This document shows positions 1 to 10,382 of a stretch of DNA of 64,000 nt, piece by piece. The notes under the pieces are model-generated. The model did no database searches. It was not told the DNA's origin and saw only the letters and a program-made list of their open reading frames with translations. Within the stretch, counting starts at the first letter, position 1. The number at the start of each line of letters is the position of its first letter. The stretch comes from Cycas panzhihuaensis (lineage: Eukaryota; Plantae; Cycadophyta): NCBI GenBank assembly GCA_023213395.1, contig CM041465.1, positions 66,967,741 to 67,031,740 of the forward strand, given 5' to 3'. Both the position numbers and the translations under genes were made by a program.

Positions 1-420
1 AACTTTGGAGGAGATCTAGACAAAAGAAGGTATACTTCAAGTTATGTTTTCACTCTTGCAAATGGTCTAATTAGTTGGATGTCCAAATTGCAAAGCATAA
101 TTGCACTGTCAACCACGAAAGCTGAATATATTGCTGCAGCACATGCTTGTAAAGAGGCAATCTAGTTACAGGGTCTATTGGTTGAGCTTGGAAGGAGACA
201 GGATAATGTAAAGGTATTTTGTGACAGTCAAAGTGCCATTTACTTAGCCAAGAATTTGGTATATTGCTCTTAAGTACCATTTTGTTAGACAGGTTATGGA
301 AGCAGGTGGAGTGGCACTTGAGAAGATTCACACCAATCAGAATTATACTGATATATTCACAAAACTAGTACCAGTAGAGAAGTTCAAATGGTATTTGACT
401 TCTCTTGGCTTACAAAAAGG
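1..420 (+). pseudogene. Ty1/copia pol C-terminus (RNase H), degenerate; element continues off the left edge
   Basis: Translates as NFGGDLDKRRYTSSYVFTLANGLISWMSKLQSIIALSTTKAEYIAAAHACKEAI*L...VFCDSQSAIYLAKN, the copia RNase H motif set, with stops and a deletion. Confidence 0.9.
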
Positions 421-454
421 ATGATGAAGGGTCCAAGAAAGGTACCGGGTAAAT

Positions 455-1086
455 TGTTGTCAACAATTGTTTAAGGTTAAAATTTTGGCATGTTTTTGGC
501 TCAGTTTTGCCCCCTTATCTTTCTCGGGGGGTTCTAAGGGGGGTGGGAGCCCCCCTTGGCCGAGGGGTATGGGGGTGTGGAATGCCCCCCGTTAAGAGGG
601 GGTTTGGTGGTGATAGCCCCTAACCTAAAAAATTAGCCCTGTAAACCTTATTAAAATGTAAAGAGAATCAAGGTCGTTCGATACAAATACCCTAGATTCT
701 ATGGTTGAGATTCATGCCTTGGATGTCCCTCTCATGTAGCCTATTTTAGGGCGTTTCTTATTATGTTGAATGTAATGTAATATACCATGATGAGGGCGGA
801 AACTGGTTGTTCCTGAGAGCACTCTACTACTAAGATGTACTATTTCTCCATTCTACAACAATAAAGATCAATACCTTTCCTGTGTGGATGCTTCCCTTGC
901 ACACTGCTACGGTTTTACCACATTATATCAGGTGCATATATGATGTTTAACTTGTATATTGATGTTATTGTATTATCTTTGATTTTATAACTTGCATGTT
1001 AAATCTTAGTTCTAATTTCTGTAACTAGTTGTAAAATAGTTCAGATCTTGTGGTGGTTTAAAGTTCGGGACCTTGTATTCTCAACA
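455..1086 (+). mobile_element. 3' LTR of the left-edge copia element
   Basis: Follows the pol end and a purine-rich tract. TGTTG...CAACA termini. Contains a G/C-run-rich block at ~525-620. The partner LTR is outside the window. Confidence 0.65.
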
Positions 1087-1855
1087 AGAAGTTGTTGAAG
1101 TTTTATGAAGAATGAACACTTGTAGACTTAAAATGAAGCTACAGAGAAAAATGAGCCAAAAATAGACATATGGTGACCTATGTGAGATTTCTCTCAACAC
1201 AGACAATGAAAATGAGTGAGGTTTCTTCCAATAACTAGATGATTCAGTTGCAAACAGAACGAGTAGTCACATGTAATAGTTCTAAGTAATATGGGAGGCG
1301 CAATCGTTAGTTCTAAAATAGCTATCAATGGTTCCAAAAATATTTAAAATAAAAATGAATGTAATAAAATGAAATATTAATAAATATAAATGATTTTCTC
1401 TATAGTTTAGCAAACTTCAATGAATAATATCAATCTCATATCCTTGATGGAGTGCCCTAAGATTCTCGTGTCTACCAAACCCTACTCTAATACCAAATGT
1501 TGGAAGCGAGGTGCAGAGCGGACAAATTATATTAATGAGTGCATAGTTGCAAAGTGAAAATTAAACTTCTGAATAATATGTTGGCAGTGTTAGAAAACGA
1601 CAGGGAGGTATTCCCACCCTATCTATAGATAAGTTTAGAGATGAAACAAGCACCTCAAGCTGACACAATCAAAATTTAAAATAATATTAAAAATATTAAA
1701 TAATAATTAAATACATACCTCAAAGTAGATGTGTTGGCTACTTTGGTGACTATTGGCGATTGCTAGGTGGCCCGAGGTGTCCTAGGGAGGTCCAAGATAG
1801 CTTTGAGGAGCCCTAGGTGCACATTAACATAGGATAATTGGGCATTATCCTAATA
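1087..1855 (-). mobile_element. 5' end of a minus-strand LTR element (LTR 1498-1855, PBS 1485-1495), related to the LTR at 59929-60318
   Basis: CTCTAATACCA is the reverse complement of a tRNA-iMet PBS and lies next to TGTTGG. Shares GGGAGGTATTCCCA, TACCTCAAA, GCTTTGAGG and the ATTATyCyAAyA end with the 60 kb LTR. Confidence 0.65.
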
Positions 1856-1859
1856 GAAA

Positions 1860-4139
1860 TGAGGGGAAACTTATTAACAAACAATTGTTAAATTAATTAC
1901 TGTTAACTAACTTGATGAACCACGTAGGTCCCATGATCCATAATATTGAATGTTTTCACCATGTTTTGTTACTTTTCTTCCTTAGAGATTATGAAGCATT
2001 GGTAGGCCCTAGAAAGACCATGGATTGACATTTAAGTAGTAGTATACTTCTAGTTTATATAAGGATTTCTCCTAAAATCTCCTCTACCTCAAGATGAAGT
2101 TTTGAATCCCTTTATAATTGTGAGATTTCCTCTTTACTTATGTGATCTCTTTGCCTTCCAATCTACTTTCCATAAATCTTCTTTCTCCTTCAATATGTCT
2201 CTTAATGGATATACCTCCTTTTAAGTTTCTATTCAAATTAATACTCATCTCATCACAAATTAATGGTCTAATATATGATGTCTATTTGAATGGTACTCTC
2301 TCTTAAGTCATTCAACTAATGTGATCCCAATGCCATTCAATAACTCTTTATTTGATGTTTAAATGATTATCTATTCTCTTCCAAGCACCTTCATCTCACA
2401 CTTCATGTCCTTGTATTTTTTATGTTTGAGCTCTATAAGGTCTTATCCTTCCCACATTATAAGTCTTACACTCAATTATGAATTCATCCATCATTCGTAA
2501 TGGCCTCCCTCCTACCATTTTGAGGCTTGGAACCTTAAAACTTCATCCAAAACTACCAAAATTTACCCAATCTTTGAATTCAAAACTATTTGATAAGGGA
2601 TGGTATGTTATGTCTTATATCACATTGATAATGTACTTAAAGTAGTTGGCTAAACAACATCTTATGGAAGTTAATACCACGTCTATGATTATAAATAGAA
2701 GTATAAAGGTTGAAATATTCCTTACATTATCTTAATGTTTTACTCTTTAGGAGACTTAATCCTTTATTTATGCTCTTACAGATGGGATCTCCAACTTGAA
2801 GTCTATTAACATTCTCATTAGAATGCTATAAATACCCTTTTATTTCAAACCAGTGGCCATTTTATTTCCTTTCTAAATAGGATGTGATCATGAGGTTAGC
2901 TCAATGATGATTGGATCCACATGTGATATCTAATATATTTCTCCTCATCACGGGATGCTAAAAGGCATGTAAAAATTAATGAGCTAAAGGAGAATGTAGT
3001 CATGAGTTAGAAGTTGGGGATTTCTTTTTTTTTTGGAAGCTTTTTCCTATGGAGAAAGAGTTCATAAAAGAAAGAGCAACACACATTTTGTCAACATAAA
3101 ATATTAAGGGTGATAGAGAACTCTTAGAGTTTCTAAATAAATAATAACATTTGCATGTTGATCTTTAAATAAATGATCATTAAAAAGGAAATTATTATTT
3201 AATTTTAGCCTCAAATGAACACAATCTATAAATGCACTCAACCTTAGGTATTAAATGTTTTGTTTATATTATGAGTTCATGGGAATAGACCCTAAGTTAT
3301 TACATGGAGAATTTCAAGCTATGTCACATATGAAGAAGAATATAGCCAAGTGGAATAATTCCATCATCAAAAGATAGAGCTAAATCGATTAGTTGGGGAT
3401 GTCCAAGTGACATAGAAAATTGCCAGATAAATCTCTTATGTGATATCTTTGTTAATCTCTCTCTTTAAAAGATTGAGATTTAAGTTATCAAGGGAGTTTA
3501 ATATGGGAGGAAATTTATTTATAAAAGTCATTATAGTCTACAATAAATTACAAAATTCAACACACCACCATGTAGATTCATTATTGAGATTGACTTGGGA
3601 TATACCATATAAAGGCTCCTATATATATAAGCTTGTATAGTTTAGAAACAATCCTAAATGTGGTTGCTACCCTACGATGGTGCACCCTACTCTTTTATTC
3701 TATAATACAATGAGGCACAATGATTTTAACTCAGATGTTCTTTAACATCAAAATGGCTTACACTTTCTTAATCTACATCAAATCCATAAAGAGTAAACTA
3801 AACTCCTACGTTAGTACCAAGAAGGACTTATAGGCCTGGTCAAAGTATTAAAAAGTATTGTTGTTGTGGAGATACTCTAAATATACATATGGAAACACAC
3901 TCTCTAAAAGAAAATATGAAACATACCCTTGAGCAAATTTAGTTAGTCATGATGGTTGTACTAAAATTTTTGAATTCACTCTAATACCATTTTAAATTAT
4001 TTATAATAACTTATTCAAAAATATGAAATCATATAGGATTATATACTCACATGATTAATCAAGTACATCATGAACATGATAAATGAAAAAGACAAAGACA
4101 TAAGAGATAATAATACAAATATCATGTGTACATCATGTT
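1860..4139 (-). mobile_element. Highly decayed Ty3/gypsy-like element (RT remnants, PBS 3979-3989, 5' LTR interrupted by element A and resuming at ~17013)
   Basis: Reverse-complement PBS CTCTAATACCA at 3979-3989. Faint gypsy RT-like motifs at ~1980-2520. The ATGTT TSD of element A splits the adjacent LTR-like sequence. Confidence 0.45.
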
Positions 4140-4625
4140 TATTAGATTATATAATATAAACTTATGTTTCTTAATGTTATTATTTCAGTCATGTCTTAAA
4201 AATTATTTAAATAATTATAAAGTTGTAAACTTATGTTAAAATTTAATTGACTTATAGATGGTTGTTGAAATGTGGAACCGCATTCCAATGAACCTCCGTC
4301 CTATTTATTAGTTTCCTAGATTCATAGAATTGGTTCCAGGAATCTAGGAGGTCTGTCCATATGCCTGAAACTAGGTTGTTTTAAGGTTGGTTATTGTGTA
4401 TTGGTTTTTCATTTATTTATTAATATAACTTAGATTAGGAGGTGGTTTTTCTTCCCCAGAAGGGATTTTCCACCTGTCAACCTTGTGTACATGTACATTG
4501 TCATATTCTGTGTTTCCCTTTTATACCTGTGATATGATGATTGTGTGCATGTGCCTATTCTAACATGGTATCAGAGTGTCATATGTTCCATTAATGTTTT
4601 TTTTGCATAACACAACTATTTCATC

Positions 4626-4715
4626 TTCTTCATTTTTTATAACAAACCCCAGTTTTTTCAGCATGGGCCATAGTTTATCCTTGTGATCATTCATATAAAA
4701 TTTTATAATCTGCTT
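4626..4715 (-). pseudogene. eEF2: Captured fragment of eukaryotic elongation factor 2 within the element A leader
   Basis: KQIIKFYMNDHKDKLWPMLKKLGFVIKNEE matches recalled plant eEF2 KQII..CMNDQKDKLWPML.KLGV.MKS.E. Confidence 0.85.
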
Positions 4716-4783
4716 TACACAAAAACTACCATTAAGACATAGCAAAATTTCTATTACCAGTCAAAATTTATGTACAAGTTAAT

Positions 4784-4864
4784 GTCCATCTTGTTCACAG
4801 AAAGAACAAGTCTAATCCTTTCTCCTAAGGCTTGACGAAACACAGTTTCAGCCTAAACACATAC
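4784..4864 (-). pseudogene. eEF2: Second captured eEF2 fragment (G-domain, NKMD motif)
   Basis: [26 protein letters not shown] versus the conserved eEF2 [27 protein letters not shown]. The stop is a CAG>TAG-type change. Confidence 0.92.
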
Positions 4865-4902
4865 ATTTACAGAGCTGTCTGTAAAAGTGATAGTAAAATA
4901 GG

Positions 4903-5127
4903 AGCAAGCAATGCTAGAGATGAGGTAGCAAAAACTACTTTAGAGGAAGTCAAAAGAACCTCTTCCCACAACTCGGAAGGAAAGGTAGCAATGATTGAGG
5001 CACTATCCATGTCAACAAGCTGGCCTTAAGATTACTGGGCTTGGATAACTCATTGAACATGCTGCTGTGCCAAAACTCCAACTTGGATATCAGGGGGCAG
5101 TGCTGCCAGAAGTTCAAGATCAATATT
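4903..5127 (-). pseudogene. UPL1: Captured fragment of HECT E3 ubiquitin ligase UPL1/UPL2 (HUWE1/Tom1 family, UBM/DUF4414 region)
   Basis: 75 codons in one frame: NIDLELLAALPPDIQVGVLAQQHVQ*VIQAQ*S*GQLVDMDSASIIATFPSELWEEVLLTSSKVVFATSSLALLA. Recalled family motif: IDPEFLAALPPDIQAEVLAQQRAQR...GQPVDMDNASIIAT.P.DLREEVLLTSS. Confidence 0.92.
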
Positions 5128-5978
5128 TACAAAATGACAATGGACTGCGATGGCACTTCTTGTCCCAAAACTGAAAATGATAACCAATGATACTATCTTA
5201 ATGTTGTTGTTTGAAGAGGGAGAACACTCTCCACTGGCACAGGGCTTACATTTTCCTCTTCTTCCTGCATGATGTCATTTTTGAGGCTATGGATATCGAT
5301 TCTAATCCAACAACCAGTCAAGAAATACATTAAATACCGCCAGATCGCCCGGCGGGCCTTGATCGTCGGTAAAGACTGGTGAACCGCCTACATCAAATAT
5401 GGGGAGAAGGAAAAATATGCATGAGAGTAGATAAGGTAACAAAACCTACGTGAAAGAAACTGCGTGAAAGAACCTACGTGAGAACCTGCGTGAAATAAAC
5501 AAACCCTCTGTCTGAACTTGGACCTGAATTTTGTCCACGTCTGGAAGCACCTGAAGTAGAAGAATGGACTTGTACCAAGACCAAGAGTCATGTCCTAAGA
5601 GACAGTAGTCCGAGCAAAGCACATGTAATGGCATACATATGCAAACTGCATTTTCTCTAACCAGAACAACGAAGGAGAGGCAATGGTTGAACCTTCTCCT
5701 ACTTCTGTCTTTGCATGAACCTCTCCACGTGAAGACTCTTTCGTTGCATGAAGCCTCCATCTGAATTGTTCGAGCCTCGACCTTGAACCAAGTAGACCTA
5801 CAACGAAAGAAGGTGTGCCACCATAAAAAAACTAGGTAGGGTTTCCTCGTCTTTACACACCCCCCCCCCCCCCTAAAACTTTATAAAGTTTTTAATTTTA
5901 ATTCAAATCAATTTTTGATTTTAACCATTAAACTTTATACTTTAATTTTAATCAAAGTCTACCCTTTTATACTTTGCA

Positions 5979-6237
5979 TTTTGATTTAAATCAAAAGTTC
6001 CCCTAATATTATATATTAATACTTTGATTTAAATCAAATGCCCTCTACCCATATTATATATTAATACTTTGATTTAAATCAAAGCCCCCACCACACCACC
6101 CACCCCCCCCCCCCGAATCCCCCCACCTTACCATGATTTAAAATCATTTTCATCTTAATCAAACTCTATTAACTTTATTACTTTGATTTAAATCAAAGTT
6201 CCCCCTATTAACTTTATACTTTGATTTAAATCAAAGT
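5979..6237. repeat. Cluster of five perfect 16-20 bp palindromes with core TTTGATTTAAATCAAA, interspersed with poly-C tracts
   Basis: Copies at 5979-5996, 6023-6038, 6067-6084, 6180-6199 and 6218-6237. Poly-C at ~5860-5873, ~6103-6114 and ~6239-6255. Confidence 0.9.
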
Positions 6238-7081
6238 TCCCCCCCCCCCCCCCCCAAAAAACATTTTTTTTTTATTAAAACAAACCTTAAACACTTTTAT
6301 AATATGTTTATTAAATAAATTTAATACCCCCCCTTCCTTAATTATTATCCTTTTTTATTCTATTACATTCTCCCCTTTCCCCCCCAAATATTTTATAAAT
6401 ATTTAAACAAAAACCCTCTCCCTTAATTTTTCTCCTTACAAGGTATTTATAAACTTTATTCTCTTATTTTTATTATCTTTCACTACTTTTTAATGATTAA
6501 ATTCAACTACATTTTAATCACTTAAAACGAATATAGTCAATCTTAGGTAAATCAAATTAACTTTTTATCATTATATTTATTTTATAAATTCCTTTTATTA
6601 TACTTTTTTTTTACTATTTCTTCTTAACACTTAATCTATAAGACTTGAATTTAATCCTTAAAATTATACACCTTTTTTTCAAAAAGAGAAATAAAATACC
6701 TAGTTACACTTTTTTTTTAAGTAAAACACTTACTTCGTTAAGGAAAATTGATTATTTTTTTTCTAAAAGGGATTTGTTATTTTTGAAAGGGGACAGTCTA
6801 TTTTCAAGGGGGGCTATTTTTTTTTTCTCCAAGGGGGACTATTCTTCTAAAAAGAACTATTTTTCAAAAATGATTGCTTAAGCAATTTTTTTTTTAAGAA
6901 GTTGTTTGTTTATTTCTGTTTAAAAACACATGATTCTTTTTATCTTAAAATCAGTCAATACAGACTAAGATGTCTTTGTGAATTAGATCTTTTAACAAGA
7001 TTAGTATTTTCACTAGGTAATTATTTTTTCAAGTCACCTTCATAACTTTTTAATCTATACATACACTTCAACACTCCCAAT

Positions 7082-10000
7082 ATGGCATTAATGCCAGGGA
7101 CAGTCACGTGCATTCCAATTCCAATATTAACCAGCTCAAACTATGTCGACTGGGGGAATCGCATATCCCATAAGCTCAAATAGCAAAAAGTATGGCGATA
7201 TGTGATAGGTGAATTCCAAAAACCAAAAGCAGATGCTACTGAGAGTCTTGTGGTATATCTGATGGACTCAGATGCCGCATGAGGCACGTATTAAATTCTC
7301 TCTCACCAGAAATCAGTCAGCAGTTTTCTGAAAAAGATGACTTAGCCACTGTTTGGAAAACCTTGGAAGAAAAATATGACAAGGTTGATACACATCAAGT
7401 AGCTATCCTAGAAGAACAATTATATAATCTAACTTTTGACGACTTTATAAATGTTGAGGATTTTTTAACTAAAATCCAATCAATTAATAAAGATTTAAAT
7501 AACTGCATTAAATCAAAAACCAAAGAAGGTGATATAGAAAAAATAACTACGCATTTCAAATACGATGACATACTCGTATGTATTGCAGTTAATAAATTAC
7601 CAAAACACTTTAATCTTTACCAAGCTACCAGACAACAAGCTGGTAATCCACTTATCACATTCAATCAGCTGATAAACCAGTTGATTGAATATTAGACAAT
7701 GTTAATTAGAACATGTGTAATAAAAGATCATTCACAGGTTTTATTTTCTAAAACTAAGCCACAATTTAAAAATAAACAACAAAATAACAATTTTCATAAT
7801 AATCAAAAATTCCAGAAACCTCATCGAGGTTCACCATCTAATTCTCAAAACAATATTAAATATTCTAGTCCAACTAAAAACTAGAATACTTCCAATCAAT
7901 TCGTTTCTAATAGAAATAATGCATCTTTTTCTCAGAACACTAGTTATGCTTACTGTCATAAAAGAGGCCATACTATTGATGTCTATAGAAGTAGAATAGC
8001 TTCAGAAGCATGGAAAACTTCCAAGGGATTACAAAATAAACCACAATCCCATTCTCAATCACATTCACGACCACAAAACTATCAATTTTATAATCATTCT
8101 CTGGTAGTAATAACTTCTGCGTTTGTTGCTCCTTCCAACCAACCACCACAATGGATCCTTGACTCTGGTGCATCCCATCATATAACTGGACACTAGAAAA
8201 ACTTAACCACCTATCAATCTGAAACAAACTCTGAAGAAGAGATTTCTTTCGGTAGTGGTAATCAACTTAAAGTCAAAGAATCTGGTGATGTTACCCTAAA
8301 GGATGGTTCAATCAAGGACGTTTTTTACATACCTAGTTTATTACCAAACCTTCTCTCAGTATATCAAATTTGTTACAAAGACCTTGTCATCGAATTCTAG
8401 AAAAATAAATTTGTCATTAAGGATCCCTTACACAAGTTTAAACGTATTGCTTTAGGACCTGTTGATCATAACATAGGTCTCTATAGTTTGACTAGTCTTT
8501 AAAATAATAAATCAAAATCTTTTAGTGCCTTCGTTGCCAAATCTTACTCAGTCAGTAAACTTTGGCATGCAAGATTTGGTCATACTAGTTATGGAAAACT
8601 GCAATATTTAATTAAGCATAAAATGGTCCATGGTTTACCACCATTAAATACTGTTTATGGTGTTTATGAAGCCTGTGTGACAGGCAAACAACACATGGAT
8701 CCATTTCCACATAAAAATCAATACTGAGCAACTGCTCCACTCGAACTTGTCTACTCTGATATATGTGGACCTTTTCATGTATCATCATACTCAAGATCTC
8801 ATTATTTCATTACATTCATTTATTATTATTCAAGAAAATATTAGGTTTATATGCTCAAAACACGCAGTCAAGTATTTGACATTTTCGTTGAATATAAAAC
8901 GTTAGTGGAAAATCAATCTAATACAAGAATCAAAATATTCTAATATGATAATGTTAAGGAATATTTAAATAGAAATTTTACCTCTTTCTGCAAATCACAT
9001 GGAATTAAATTCTAATATTCAGTTGCATACACGTCTTAACAAAATGGTGTTGCTGAACGCAAAAATTGTACTCTTGTTGAAATGACTCGTTGCATGTTAC
9101 ATCCAAAGAATCTCGATTTAAAACTATGGGTAGAAGCAATTAACTGCTCTAATTATTTATTAAATCATTTACCCATTAAATGTTTACAAAACGTCACTCC
9201 AGAACAAAAATAGTTTGGAAGAAAACCATCTGCCCAACACTTACGAATCTTTGGTAGTATCGCGTGGGGACACATCCCTCACGAAAAACATAAAAAATTA
9301 GATAAAAAAAGTCAAAAATACATCTTTGTTGGCTACAGTGAAGAGAGTAAAGCCTATAGACTTTTAGATCTAGTCACGCATAACATTTCTATTTTGCATG
9401 ATGTAGTATTTGATGAAGAAGGCTCTACTTCAACATCTACTTATGTAGAACTTCCTGTTAAAGATTTGTTAACCAACACTCATTTGGTTGATGATTCTGA
9501 TAAACAAGTTGATTCAAAAATTATAGATTCTTTATCGACTCAAGTCCAAAATTGGACCCTATGAGAACCCGCTAAAACAGATCCTTCTCTTCAAGCTAGT
9601 ACATCAAATCAACCTACAACCTCGAATATAGTTACTCACAAGCAACCGGTTTGGGCAACCAAAACGCTTGCCGATGTTGGATCTAATGTAGGCAATCCTA
9701 TTGATACTAGCCACACACATGCGCAAAAACTTCATGCAAATTTTGCCTTAATGGCAAAAATAATGGAAAATAATGATCCTAAAACTTTTAAATAAGCTAG
9801 CAACAATCCTGTATGGCAACATGCTATGCAGACTAAATTTGCTACCTTAACTAAAAATTCCACATGGGATGTTATTCCTCTCCCACCTGGGAAAAATGTA
9901 GTCGACTGTAAATGGGTTTATAGGACTAAATATAATTCAATAGGCGCAGTGGAAAAATATAAAGCTCACCTTGTTACCAAAGGATTTTCCCAAATAGATG

Positions 10001-10382
10001 GCATTGACTATAATAAAAGCTTTGATCATGTTGCAAAGATGAATACAATTAAGACAATTATTGCTCTTATAGCCAAATTTGGTTGGGAAATCCACCAAAT
10101 GGATGTTAAGAGTGCTTTCTTGAATGGTGATCTCAAAGAAGAGATCTACATATCACAACTACCTGGATTCATTCAAAATCCTAATTTAGTCTGTAAACTT
10201 AAAAAATCTATTTATGGTTTAAAACAAGCTCCTCGAGCTTGGTATACTAAAGTTGATGATTACTTAATCTGCATTGGATACACTAGATGTATTAGTGATC
10301 TAAATATTTATTTTAAACGTGAAGATGAAAATCTTACCATTCTAATTCTTTATGTTGATGACATTATTATCACTGGATCATC
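7082..10382 (+). pseudogene. Element A gag-pol, 5' part (gag, protease, integrase, RT to YVDD), multiple stops
   Basis: ATG at 7082. UBN2-like gag ORF 7279-7695, WILDSGASHH protease, LVYSDICGP integrase, and RT ORF 9826-10395 ending in YVDDIIITGS. Confidence 0.92.

Noticed and set aside
4626-5127. Functional host eEF2 or UPL1 gene with introns
   Set aside because: The pieces are tiny, two of the three contain stops, they come from two different genes and they lie between paired LTRs with a TSD.
5388-5760. Antisense ORFs of 67 and 104 aa as an accessory gene
   Set aside because: No recognisable motif, they overlap short AACCTRCGTGA repeats, and there is no matching ORF in sister element B.
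5979-6237. CRISPR-like appearance of spaced palindromic repeats
   Set aside because: Spacers are irregular and similar to each other, there are no cas genes, and the context is a plant retrotransposon leader.
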